A stretch of 64,000 nucleotides of DNA, taken from positions 10,230,001 to 10,294,000 of the forward strand of contig CP075492.1 of the NCBI GenBank assembly GCA_021613535.1, read 5' to 3'. The notes under the pieces are model-generated. The model was given only the letters and a program-made list of their open reading frames with translations, was not told the origin of the DNA and did no database searches. The stretch comes from Adineta vaga (lineage: Eukaryota; Animalia; Rotifera). How positions within the stretch are numbered: position 1 is the stretch's first letter; every line of letters begins with the position of its first letter. Below, in pieces: positions 15,527 through 27,902 of the stretch. The position numbers and the translations under genes are program-made.

Positions 15527-16900
15527 TTTTGTTTGTTCGCTATGAAGAAAATAAAATGTGATATTTAATGTATAGATGTCTATAGATGTGAAAGAGAAGA
15601 ACAAATATCTTAAAAGAGAAGAAAAAAAAAGGTAGAACAGTATATATAAAATGATAACATTATTGATGACATCATATTCTCTATCATTGTGTAATATTTT
15701 ACAATGTATGAGCAGGAAAGAAGGTTAAAAACTATTATTGATGTTTGATTAGTTTATAATTTCCTTTTGTTTTTTTTTTGAAGAAAATATCGTTTAAATA
15801 TTCATTTGTTTGCATTGAAATAACTGCATGTAGTGTCTTGTTTTAATCAATATTAATGAGAAAGGAAAAAGAAGTTAAACTTGTCGATGATCATAACAAT
15901 AGCAATTAAGAAATATAATGAGAACTATGAATACTTAACATATGTATCTATTGTTTAGACAAGTGAACTTTGATTTTCATTGCAAGAAAATGTCTCCTCT
16001 CTCTCTCTCTCTTTCTTTTTCAATATATTGTTAAAGATTGTAGTTGTTATTATGAAACGAAAGATTCATTTGAGAATTATTTCTGCTCACATTGATCTCT
16101 CTCCGAATAACGACGATGGCAACAACAAAAACAGATATAATAATATAACAGAAAAAGAAACTGAGAGAATATTATAGTTCGTTTTGTTCTTCGTTTGCAC
16201 GATTGAACATCGATGAAAGTTTTTTTCTTTTTTTTCTGTACGATCATAGAAAAACACACACACACACAACAGCTATGGTTCACTTTATAAGGTAATCTCG
16301 AGATTGATATAGACGTCATCATTATATGAAATCGATTTCAGTAGAAATTTTCTTTAGGGTATATCAGTTTCGACACTGTTGATCACTTCGCATGTGAATT
16401 GGGATCAATCAAAGTTGGCTTTTCCGGAAAGTCTCTATGAGAATATGAAAATATCTGAAATCAGAGCGAATGAATAACACAATGTTGTTGAAATCTTTTT
16501 GTGGAGGCGGATGAATACTAGAATAATGAGAAAAAAACGAGAATCAGATAAAAGAATAGAAAGAAATCTATTGACTATTGTTTCGAAGACAACGAGATAT
16601 TACATTATAGGATATTCTTATTTTCAATAAAGCAACATTTCGATAGGATACTTATCCATATATAAATATATTAATATACCATTTCAGTTGTTTAGTTTGA
16701 AGGAAAAAGAAGGTAAAGTAAAAGATTTTCGACGTTGTATTTCGGACAATGCGTAAGTATGTGCCATGATGTAAAGAGTGAGTATGATTCTCTTTTTCTA
16801 TTCGATGGTATCAGCTGGAGTACGAAGGCGTGTAGAATGGTATAAATGATGAAAAAGAGACGAAATATGAAAGAATGTAGTGAAAAAGACAAAAAGGAAA

Positions 16901-16972
16901 TGCCCCCACGCAGGATTGAACTACGGACCTCCAGTTTACAAGACTGGCGCTCTACCACTGAGCTATAGGGGC
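16901..16972 (-). tRNA. trnT-UGU: tRNA-Thr (anticodon UGU)
   Basis: The reverse complement GCCCCTATAGCTCAGTGGTAGAGCGCCAGTCTTGTAAACTGGAGGTCCGTAGTTCAATCCTGCGTGGGGGCA folds as a cloverleaf, with anticodon arm CCAGT-CTTGTAA-ACTGG. A T-run Pol III terminator follows. Confidence 0.97.
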
Positions 16973-17144
16973 TACGGACGATTGAGTAACATATTAAAAT
17001 GCACTCTCGGTTCGAATCGACATGAGAACATTAACTTTGTGATAGGAGATTAAAGCGTTTCTATCTTGATGCTTGGTCTTTTCATTATACATATACATAT
17101 ATAATATCATTTCTAGATCTTGTTTTCTTAATCAAAATAATCTA

Positions 17145-17688
17145 ATGATGATGCCAACGAATTTTATCGTCTTACAATTATCTTTTATTGTCCTTTTAAT
17201 GGCAACTTTTACGGTAACAACAATTGTACCCCAATCAACAGAAACTTCCCAGTCGTATAAAGAAGAGGTTAGATCGAAATGTGCCACTGAAATCATTAAC
17301 TTTCTCTTTTAAATTCTTTTAGCAAAATCCAGCTGTTGCTGTTGGAAAATATCATCATAATATTGATGCTTTTCCAGCATCTTCAAAACATATTGCTTTC
17401 GCAGATGATGATAGTCAAAGCGATGAAGACGACAATAATGACAATGACTATGTTCCAATTTATCATTATGAAACATTACAATCAGAAATGAATGGCAAAC
17501 GTTATGCCGAAGAAGGAAGTCATTCAATTGCTAATAATATTGAAAATCGTCATGGAGCTATTCCATATCGATTCGGTAAACGAGGTGCAATGCCATATCG
17601 ATTTGGCAAACGAGGTGCAATGCCTTATCGATTTGGTAAACGTGCTGGCATGCATTTTCGACTTGGAAAAAAGAGCATTGCTTTGTAA
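17145..17688 (+). CDS. RFamide-type neuropeptide precursor (162 aa; exons 17145-17267, 17323-17688)
   Basis: Signal peptide and acidic spacer, then HGAIPYRF-GKR-GAMPYRF-GKR-GAMPYRF-GKR-AGMHFRL-GKK (Gly amidation donor plus dibasic sites). A phase-0 55-nt intron joins two ORFs in frame. Confidence 0.92.
17563..17643 (+). repeat. Tandem 30-nt coding repeat encoding the PYRFGKR(GAM) peptide units
   Basis: ccatatcgattcggtaaacgaggtgcaatg / ccatatcgatttggcaaacgaggtgcaatg / ccttatcgatttggtaaacgt. The units differ only at synonymous positions. Confidence 0.9.
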
Positions 17689-20509
17689 ATCTCGAATATA
17701 ATTATTGTGCAATATGGAAAAGTTTTATGTACAATGATAATCAAAAGAACTTCTAACATATATATCGAATAAACATATATTGAAATTGTAATCCATATTA
17801 TAACCGTATTTTGCATGATTCAATCAATAAAGAATTGATTACTGAGATTGAAAACAAAAGAGTTCACTTCATTTTTTGCCTTCATGCTTATTTTATATTA
17901 TTTCATTTTCAACTATTTACTCAAAGAAAAAAAAAGGAATCTAGACACAAAATAATGGACGGAATCAATGTTTACAGCTGAGTTCATAAGAAAACTGATA
18001 AAATACTTCATAAATGTAATAAAGTGTTTTAATGAAAGCAATAGAATTTGAGAACGTGATGAATATTGGTTGTAAAACTTTTTATCATCACATTCATAGC
18101 ACTATTTCATTAATATATAATCCAGTGCTTTTTCTACTCATAAAGAACGCTATATATAGTTGATGAACCTCTCTCATTTCTATTCAATTTTAAAAAGCAT
18201 GGTAAAATACATTCGACAGCCCATTAATATTTAAAACTCGGAAAAAAACAATGCTAATTTCTTCTAGAACAATTGACACAGATTTCCATAAATTGTAAGA
18301 AAACTAAGAGAGACGTATTCATATCATTCAGATGAAGATTGATTGCAAGAAGTGCACTAATGGCTTCCTGCTGCCTATTTTCTCTCTTAAAATTATGAAA
18401 AGCCTATATTTTATTGGTCGAAAAGACAAGGAAGTAATTATCGTTTGTGCTCTCGCATAAACGTGATTAAAATCAAAACAGAATACAATCGAGTAATTTA
18501 AACAAAATACCAACACATGTAAGATATTCGAAACATTAATATATTCAAGACAGATTAACGTCTTTACGATAACTAAATTTCAAATCATGTAGAGAGAGAG
18601 AAAGCACAATGTCTTACTTAAATCTGAAATTATGAATTCAAACAGAATTTCTATAGTAATTCTTAACAGTTTTATTCTGCATGAAAAAGGTTATTATTTG
18701 ACACATAATTTGATCATAGGTTTATATTTCATGTAATATAATCGCATATGCATTTTCGTATTTACTTACAAGAATAATCTGTATGCAAATTACTTCATGT
18801 ATGTCAAATCAGACAAAATCTTCTAGCAAATAAACGTATTATAGATATTCTACGAAGTCGACAATCTTCTAACCTTCATACATTCTGAACAATAGCTTGA
18901 TCATTTTGCTGAGATCGTCGTTAGGAGAACATCTTGAAAGACATGAACGTCGTTTTTTTTTTGTATTTATTTTAAGCTGATGCAGAACGAAAAAGTTATT
19001 TCTGTATAGAACGCAAAAGAAATAATCCTTCAGGTTATTAGATCATGCAGAAACAGAATAGAAGAAAAAGTACTTATTGAAAAATCAAAATTTTTCTTTC
19101 TTCCATCTTCTACATTCATCTTACCAAGTTTTTTAAATGAATAACCATTTGTTCAAAGTAGATTTTGTTCATTATATAATCAAACTCTGTTGTATTAAAT
19201 CAATATTGTTCTTATTCATTTTACTTTCTCCTTACTAACGAGAATCCTCCTTCAAAAAAGTCTCATATATCATTAAAAAAATGTGCTCGTGTGACAAATG
19301 CATGCAACAATATCTGACTAATCAGACCCATAGAAATGTTCTTTAAGTAATCAGGTAAAACATACAGCATACCCCTTTTTTTGCTCGATTTTATATAAAA
19401 TGAATGTCCTCAGAAAGGACATGCTTTCAATCGAATCGAACTGAAAAAAGAAATATTTTTATCCTACATGTCGATCGTCAACGACGTTTACAACAATCTC
19501 TCATAAAATTTATTTGCATAGTTTTCGGTGTTTCTTTCACATGTTAGTATTTGAAACTCAATGCACTCAAAGATCAAATCTCAATTTTTGTTTTTCTCCT
19601 TCTTAGCAATCGACAATTGAAAGAATCTTTTCAGTCAACTAATAACGAGACTATTGAGATTATTCCCTTGAGCTATATCACAGAACGTGCTAATCTTACC
19701 ATCGATGTCTTTATTGAGTGTTTTAGTATAAGAACTAGAAGACACATTGTCATTGTGTATATATCATCTTAGGACATCCGGTCACACAAGAGCATCATCG
19801 ATGATAGACGAACAAACGAACGAACGAGACACAGAATAAGCGTAATCCAGCGTGAACCGATCGTTACAATAGAAGTATCTATTTATTGTCTTACAACAAA
19901 GTACACATTTAATCGTTTACAAAAAAGAGAAGACATGTATAAGCTGTGTTCACTATGAAACAGAACAGATGACTTTTATAATCAATTGGTATGATGATAA
20001 AGGCAAGTGTAAAAGAATTCGTTAGAATGTTCTTTCACACGCGTAGTAGAAGTGTATAGTCGATGTTCATCCTAAAATTTTTCTTATCGGTGAATCAATA
20101 TGAGAAGAAAGTCATGTATGAGTAGACGTATTCGTAAGTACTTTTTTGTTGTTGTTACAACAATGATTAAGATTTGTGAAAGAACTAAAAAAACCATCAA
20201 GAAGGTTTCATAACTAAAACTAAAAAGGAAACTCTTTATCTGTGACGTTGTCGTTTTTTTTCTCGTTCTATACTTTCATTACGCAGTCAACAAATCGACG
20301 ACTACATGAATGCTTATAGACAGAGAAAAAAGAAATTATATTCTTCATTTTCTCTTTTATTATATTCAAATGTAAATATATTCTAACAAAAAGCTATCGG
20401 TAATAAGAGTATGCGTTTTAAATAGGAAATCACAGCGAAATGACTGCTCTTTTTTCTCTTGTTTCTCAACATACGTTTGATTTCTTTTTCTTTGTAGTTC
20501 ATTAGAACA

Positions 20510-23440
20510 ATGACTGACTTATCGGTGAGATCGCGATTCGATCTCTATCAATATTTTATTCTACTTCTTCCAAATCGTGTCAGATCACGTTTTCAATTAC
20601 TTTATGTGTTAGCTATATTTCATATTATTCTATTTCTATTTGTTTATCATCGTCTCATACTAATAAAACCAGTACCATTTAAGTCAATTAATTTCGATCA
20701 AAATCAACTATGTTCTATACCACAATTTGATCCATGGGATCAAACGATTGCCAAATCAATAAGTCTCAAGTCAGTACATCGTTGTCCAACGCATAAACGC
20801 AATCTTATTAATGTTATTAATCACACACAATTATCTATTAATCAAACTGTTAATAGAACTTCATTTTCAGGTTCGATAACACATTGTGTTTATTTAAAAG
20901 TTGATCGAAATCCAGAAGAAAAATCTTTTCGAGATTGGTCGTACACATTATCTGAACCGATATTGATTACTAACGGACAAACAAATTCAATACTCGATGC
21001 AGATTTTGTTCTAACACGTTGTTATAATGATCGAACGAATTATTTCGATAGTAATCATTTTTGGTAAGTTGAAGAAAGAGGAAACATTTTTCTAATTGAA
21101 AGAAAATATGATTTTTTATATTCTTATTACTATTGACACTGATAGACTTAAGTGGTTTTTCTTTTCGCTGTCGCATCAGTACTGTTTAATGAATTGAAAT
21201 AAGAATGATTTCTATCAGGTAAATGGTAAATAAAATAGCTGGCAAAATAAAAATTGGCCTACCTATTATTCACAGCTGAGATAGTGCGAGTAAAACGAAT
21301 AAAACACTTGACTATTTTCATTTATGCCTCGATCAATAAAGAAATAACAAGTGTTTGAACGTGATAGTGCTTTACATTTCGTTGCCTATGTATATACATA
21401 TGTGCATTGCTTCTTGTTCAAATGAGTTTATTCATTAGCAAAAAAAAAAAGAATAAATCCGATATGACTAGAGGCGATTCGGTTAACAAATAGAAATGAA
21501 ACGAACTAGAACATGTACAAGATACATTAATATTAAACGAAAATAAATAGTTTTGTGATATAATTGATGAAAGAATTAAACTTTTGATTTAGTGGTTATA
21601 ATTGTACAAATTTTCAACATTTGAATACACGTGAAAAGAAATTAATTACCAATCGAACTCTTGTATATGAATATGTTCATCCAATAATACGTTTGAAAAG
21701 ACCAGCTTTTTCTCCTAATATTTCAACGAATCGTTCTCCACCTCCATCAGTCATAATGATTATACTCGATGCGGTCAGTGATCTTCAAGCTCAACGAGCA
21801 TTATCACATACCTTAGCTTACTTAAAATCTCTTGGTCTATATACATTCGAACGTCATGCAGTCGTTGGTGATGGTACATTTGAAAATATTGTTCCAATGT
21901 TATTTGGCTTATCCGGTGCTGATCTAGAAATTCCAAATATGAATGATAGTCGATATGAATTTCTCACAACGGAAATTCATATAGATAATAAAACAAAACG
22001 ACGAACAAAAACAAATAGAACTGTTTATTATCCTGGTCCATATGATGACTATCCATTTATTATAAAGAACTTTTCACAACTCAACTATACGACTTTTTTT
22101 AGTGAAGAATGGCGTGAAAGTGCATTCTATAATTTAAAAAATGGTTTCCGTCAATCGCCCACCGATTACTATCTACGTCCATATTGGTTATCACTCTATG
22201 AAACTTTGTCTTACAATACATTTCCAGGAAATTCCAATCCGAAACCATGTTATCTGGACAAATTATTACATTTTCTATCATTAGATTGGTTAAAAGACTT
22301 TTTACAAGTACATCATCAACAATCCGATCATCCGACATTTGGTATTATGAAAATGAATGAAATGAGTCATGATTATTTAGAAAGACTTTTTTGGATTGAT
22401 TCTGATATGAAAGAATTCTTTAAAGATTTAATTGAGCAACATCTATTGAATAATACAATAGTAATCTTTTGTGGTGATCATGGTCATCGACAACATCGAT
22501 TAAGATTGACACGTATTGGAAGTTTCGAAGTTAAATTACCGTTCTTTTCCATGCTTATGCCTGAATCATTTAAACAAAAGTTTCCACAGGCAACTGAAAA
22601 TTTAGAGAAAAATCAAAAAAGTAAGTTCAAGTTGATGAATGCGATTCTATTCGACTATCTTTGACCTTGACAGTAAATAATTCGATGTATTTCATTGTTT
22701 TATTTATTTCTGTGAATAGTGCTAACATCATGGTGGGATGTATATGAAACTCTGGTAAATATTCTAAAAATGGTTGAAGAACCACATCTATTCGATCCTC
22801 TTCTTGTTAATTGGCAACGGACAACACCAGGTATCTCGCTTTTTCATCCTATTCCAGAACGTAATTGCTCATCAGCTGGTATACCAGGTAGTTATGAGTA
22901 TAGCCATTTCTTCTTTCCCTTCAAAACTTTTTTTTATTCATTCTAGAAAAATACTGTCCTTGCTCTCGTACAGTACCAATGAATATTGATCAACCAATTA
23001 TTAAAGAATTAGCTTTAACTAGTATTTATTATATTAATAATGTTAAACTTAAAAATCACAAACATTTATGTATGATACTTGAACTTAAAACAATCGTTCG
23101 TGCTGAAGTCGAGGAATTACGAGCACCAATCTTTGATAAAAATACAACGAAATCGAGTTTTACTCAGTTATATACCGTTCTTTTTGAGGTCTCTCCGTCC
23201 GAAGGAATCTTTGAAAGTCGTTTAATGTACGATCCAATTAAGAAAAAAGCTCAACTACACAGTGATATTCTTCGAATTAATCTTTACGGGCAAACATCAG
23301 CATGTATTCAAGATAAATATGATTTACGTTCGTTTTGTTATTGTATTGCGTATCATAAGCGATTAAAGAAAACATTTCCTAAAGGGAGACACAGATATTC
23401 AGAACCAACTACTGTAAATGATATACTGAAAGGAAAATGA
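20510..23440 (+). CDS. DUF229 family protein (alkaline phosphatase/sulfatase-like superfamily, type II membrane), 4 exons
   Basis: N-terminal TM, C.IP.FDPW, SVIMIILDAVS, VGDGTFENIVPML, GFRQSPTDYYLRPY, SHDY, GDHG, RNCSSAGIP|..YCPC, RINLYGQTSAC..FCYC. These are typical of DUF229 proteins. Confidence 0.88.
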
Positions 23441-23904
23441 ACAGATAAATTTTTCTTTTCATAATGTTGTTTTTTTAATCAGATTTAATCGCTGGCGATT
23501 AATATTTTGTTACTTTCTAAAAAAATAAATATTTTAAAACTTGGTTCCTTGTTTACAGTCATCTGTGTAAAATAATCTACGAGTAGGAGGTGGAAAGTAA
23601 TCATAGTGAAACTTTTATCAAATTTTACTGATAAACATACTAATGAGGATAGTTTCACCATTTGTTAGAAATATTATAAGAGTGAAAGTATTTGATATAT
23701 AAATAATCTTTTTTCTATTTCTCTTTACTTTAATCAAATATGAAGTGTTAGACTTGACTTTTATAAGATCTTACATTATCAAGAGTAGCCTGTAGTAAGA
23801 TGTAAATTCGAGAATCAGAAATTATTAGTTTTTTTTTAATGATAGGATCGTTTTCAATCATTTTATTCCGTGAAATTTTTATTTCAAATTATACTCTCTC
23901 ATCT

Positions 23905-24823
23905 TTATTTCTTGCCAATATTAATTAAACCAAGTTGAATAAGAAATTCAAGGTCAGGAATAGCCGATCCGTCTAACAAATAAACATTTTAATATACACA
24001 AGTAACAAACAACAACTTAGTTCATCAATTAACTTACGAACGCAATTATTATTGAGAAGAACATAACCAGCACAACATTTATAATCTGCTGGAGCACAGA
24101 ATGTATGAGAATTAGGTACGAGATAGGTGACAACTGTATATTCGGTGGTCATACTAAAACATATATACGATTAAATCTAACATTTAAAGTTCCATAAGCC
24201 TGCATACTAACTAAGTTTCTGTTTTATTGACTGCTGTCCATGTGCATCCAGTTGTTGATTCAAATGAACTTGTTGACGGTGTTGTTGGTCGAGTAGGAGT
24301 ACCAAATGGACGTTTTGTTGTACTTGGAATTGGTACAGGTGGACCTTAGATGAAAAGAAAAACGCGTTCGATTAAATATCTACATTAATTGTATCCAACA
24401 ACTAACGAGTTGGATTAAGATTTCCATGACAATCTTGATAACCAACTGTAACAGTATGAGTTTGTGGTACTAATTTTGTTTCCATTTTGGTATGTACTTC
24501 ATCATTATTGACATATTGCCAATTTGTGCAACAATAGGCACCATCACTAACAGAAAAAGAAGGGTTTGTTGATAAAAAAAAAAGAAGAAAGAGAAGAATT
24601 CATATTTACTCTCGTTTATTATCAGCTGCAAGTTTCAATCTTAATTCTTGACCTAAACTTTGATATTCTTCGGGTAATGATGATAAATCATGTTCAAGAT
24701 TTTCAATAGTTTCGGGTAATGCAGATACCTGACATATTAATATAAATAACTATTCGAAATAAATTAGAAAACTATTACCTGAATTACTAAAACAAGAAAA
24801 CAAACGACTGTAGTTCGAAGCAT
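23905..24823 (-). CDS. Secreted Cys-rich proprotein with an EMI-like domain (206 aa, 6 exons; absent from the ORF track)
   Basis: Exons 24779-24823, 24610-24728, 24407-24546, 24212-24344, 24038-24153 and 23905-23972 splice in frame. Signal MLRTTVVCFLVLVIQVSA, acidic helical prodomain ending KR, then YCC..C..[P/T-rich]..C..Y...Y...C..YKCCAGY..C, ending GKK*. Confidence 0.85.
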
Positions 24824-25364
24824 CGTCTTCAAATTACGATAAGTTCGGGAATGTAAAATAAAATGTATTTTCTCTGTTTATTGTCGAATAAGAAAAAGAC
24901 AGATGATAAATTTTCTCATACATTCATACGAAGCAGACCATTATCATTTTTGTAGGCAGAAAAAAGTTTTCTCATTGAATAACTGAGAAATTTGAAAAAA
25001 AAAGATAATCTTGTTTTCATTAAAAATGAATAAAAACTTGACGAAGTCACGTGTTGATCGCGAACACATATTCATCACCTTAGAATCGTGTTTCAAGAAT
25101 TCATACTTTTCAATCACTAAAATATTCATCTACTTTATTCTTGTTCTCTATTGAACTGGGACACTATTCCTATTGATAAATAACTTCATTGAATGTCACT
25201 GATACATCGAACTTTATTAACGGTTGAAATATCGTGTTAGTAAAGTGATAATCAGAAGAAAACAAAAGAGAACGAGAGAAACATAAAGTGTATCATGATT
25301 TGATTAAATAAAATAAGCAAGAATAAACTAAAATTTTCCATTCAAGAATAAAATTTTCCTTCTT

Positions 25365-25773
25365 CTAGGATTCAAGTAATTTAGTAGTTGTTGTTGCCAA
25401 ATTTGGATGATCAACATCATCCTGTTCGACTAATTCAGTTAATTCAGTATCATTATGAATAACTGAAACTGTACGCGATAGATTGGCTTTTTCTAATAGA
25501 TCAAGTAAGAGATCGACGACAGTGTCAGCAAATTGCTTTTTATCCACTGTTTGATTTCCATTTATTGCAGTTTCATTAACATTATTATATATTACAAGTG
25601 GTTGACTAGGTTCCGTTTCATTAAAATCTATCAAAAGAAAAAGAAAAAGAAAAGATTTCATTTGTAAAATACAACATCGATGAAAGTTTACTTGTTGATG
25701 AATTGAATAATGGAATTAAACCTGAATGAATACGAGCAGTAAAAACAAGAAGAAAGAAAGTGATGATGATCAT
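25365..25773 (-). CDS. Small secreted orphan glycoprotein (114 aa; exons 25692-25773, 25365-25627)
   Basis: Signal peptide MIIITFFLLVFTARIHSG, a phase-1 intron, and an acidic mature region with six N-x-S/T sequons and no Cys. Confidence 0.65.
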
Positions 25774-26388
25774 TGTGTTTGATTTAAAAGCAAAACTGTT
25801 AAACTAGATTGAATCTTACATTTGTTCTTTTATCAAAATGTTTCTCTTTTCTTTTTTCTTTGTAATTCTTCTCCTTATCTAAATAATGGACGATTGAGTG
25901 AGAGAGAATTGTTTATATAATCACCTTGATCGTTCGATTGAAATAACATTTATTTCATTTTCAATTGCACGTATATATATATATATATACGTGTATCGAT
26001 TACATCACAATGTACCTCTCATTGAACCGATGAAATGTCATTGTTCGTAATAAAACTAATTCTTTCAGAAAGATAACATAAAAACTTTATATGATGTAAT
26101 AATATTCAAAACTAATCAATGGAAACAAAATTATCTGCATTGATTATATCTTATTCACAAACAAAAGTTAAGAATAATGTTCTTTTTTTTGAAGGTTAGT
26201 ATTCGAAGAAAAACGTTTGTATATCAAATTGGTAACAGCTGGATACGATGTTATATGAAGACAAAACTAGGACGTCATCCTTTCTATTCATTAAAGTATA
26301 TATATCGAATCTATTCATTGATGATACTATCTGCTAATTGTCATATTCACTAAGAGAATCACAGCTTGTTTATAATCAATTTCATCAA

Positions 26389-27759
26389 ATGTTTGATACA
26401 AGGGATGTGCGTGTAAGACATCATAAGGTAATAAAAATGATTTCATTTCGGAAAAGAAAATCTATGATTATTTCTCGTAGGTCAATACATCAACTGATTC
26501 AACAAGCAAACCTGCTCATCTTGTTCTTAGTACTGATGATTTTCATTCGAATGAAAAGGAACATGATGTTCGACTTATTACTCGAAATAAACATAATACG
26601 ATACAAATTATTTTTCTCATTTTTACAGCTCTAGTCTATCTTTTACATACACTGAGAGCTTATATACCAGAAACAATACAAATCAATTCTCGTAATTTAT
26701 CACATTCGATCAATCAATTAACTTTGTATCTGATTTTTCTTTTAGAATTCTGGTCAAATCTTGCTGTACGACCTATTACTCGTGTTTATTCATCGGATTT
26801 ACGACCAAATATCGTCATTGAAAGTTTAGTATATCGTTTAGCAGAAAATTGGCAGGTAAATTCCTTTTATTTATCTTCATTCATTATGTTCAATTCGTCA
26901 TTATTTTTAGACATTTTGGTTAATCTATATCTTATCATACATTTCACGACGCACTACTTTTGGATATTTATATCGTAATCCGAATATATTCAATTCTTTC
27001 CTATGTTTTCTTTTCATCAGTGCACTTTCATTACAAACAATAAGTCAATCATCTTCATCGTCAGAAGTATATCCATTTAATGATTATTTTGCTATTACAA
27101 ACTTTCATTCGATTTTACTTTTAGATTTCATGTGGATGTTTAGCTTTTAGTTTTATTCTTCTTACGATCACCTGTCGACTTGTTGCAGTGAAAGTATTTA
27201 GATATGATCATAAATATCGATCCATTGGCTTGTAAGTTGATCTTTCAAATTGATATTCATTTCGATGCTTTTCTTATTTAGAACAATCGATTCAATTATT
27301 CTACGTTATTTCGTATTGAATAGTCTTTTTCTTTATACAACTTCAATTGTTTATTCAACAATATGTGCAATCGTCGAATATATTGGTATTTATCTTGATC
27401 CACACGTTATATTATCGACAACGACAAGTTTCTGTACAACAATTGGCTTAATTATGATATTTTTTCTTCTCGTCATCTATTTTATTCTCGATCGATTTGT
27501 TTATGAACACGAATTTCGAACAATATGGACACCCTATGTTTTCATTACTTATCTTTTCCTTTGTCCACCATTACGTCAATCAGCTCTATTTGAAACAGAT
27601 TCGATTTCAAATGATGTCAATTATTATTTATTTTGGATGATATTTAGTAGTGCAGTTTTAATGATATTTATTCGATTATATCGACAGATTTCATCGAATT
27701 ATGGACAATCGAAAAAGAAAATACGTATTAGTTCACATATTGAACAGATTACTTCTTAA
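26389..27759 (+). CDS. Uncharacterised multi-pass membrane protein (multi-exon)
   Basis: Spliced frame: MFDTRDVRVRHHK|VNTST..KHNTIQIIFLIFTALVYLL..|..ENWQ|TFWLIYILSYISRRTTFGYLYRNP..LDRFVYEHEFRTIWTPY. It has several hydrophobic helices and resembles an uncharacterised invertebrate/fish TM family (from recall, not searched). Confidence 0.7.
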
Positions 27760-27902
27760 ATTTGATTTTTATGTTTTGTTTTATTTGAAATAAACGAGAA
27801 GAATATTATGGGATATTAGAATGTGAAATAGCGTATACTTTATTTTTTTTTTGAGATGAAATATAACGAATAAATAAAGATAATTGAAAAGAAAAGTTTT
27901 AT

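Noticed and set aside
15440-16322. DGAT1 apparently lacking its N-terminal regulatory region
   Set aside because: An acceptor and open frame precede Met 15526, so an upstream coding exon may exist. Truncation cannot be claimed.
17000-17030. Second tRNA suggested by GGTTCGAATC
   Set aside because: No T-stem, acceptor stem or A-box. It is an isolated B-box-like motif only.
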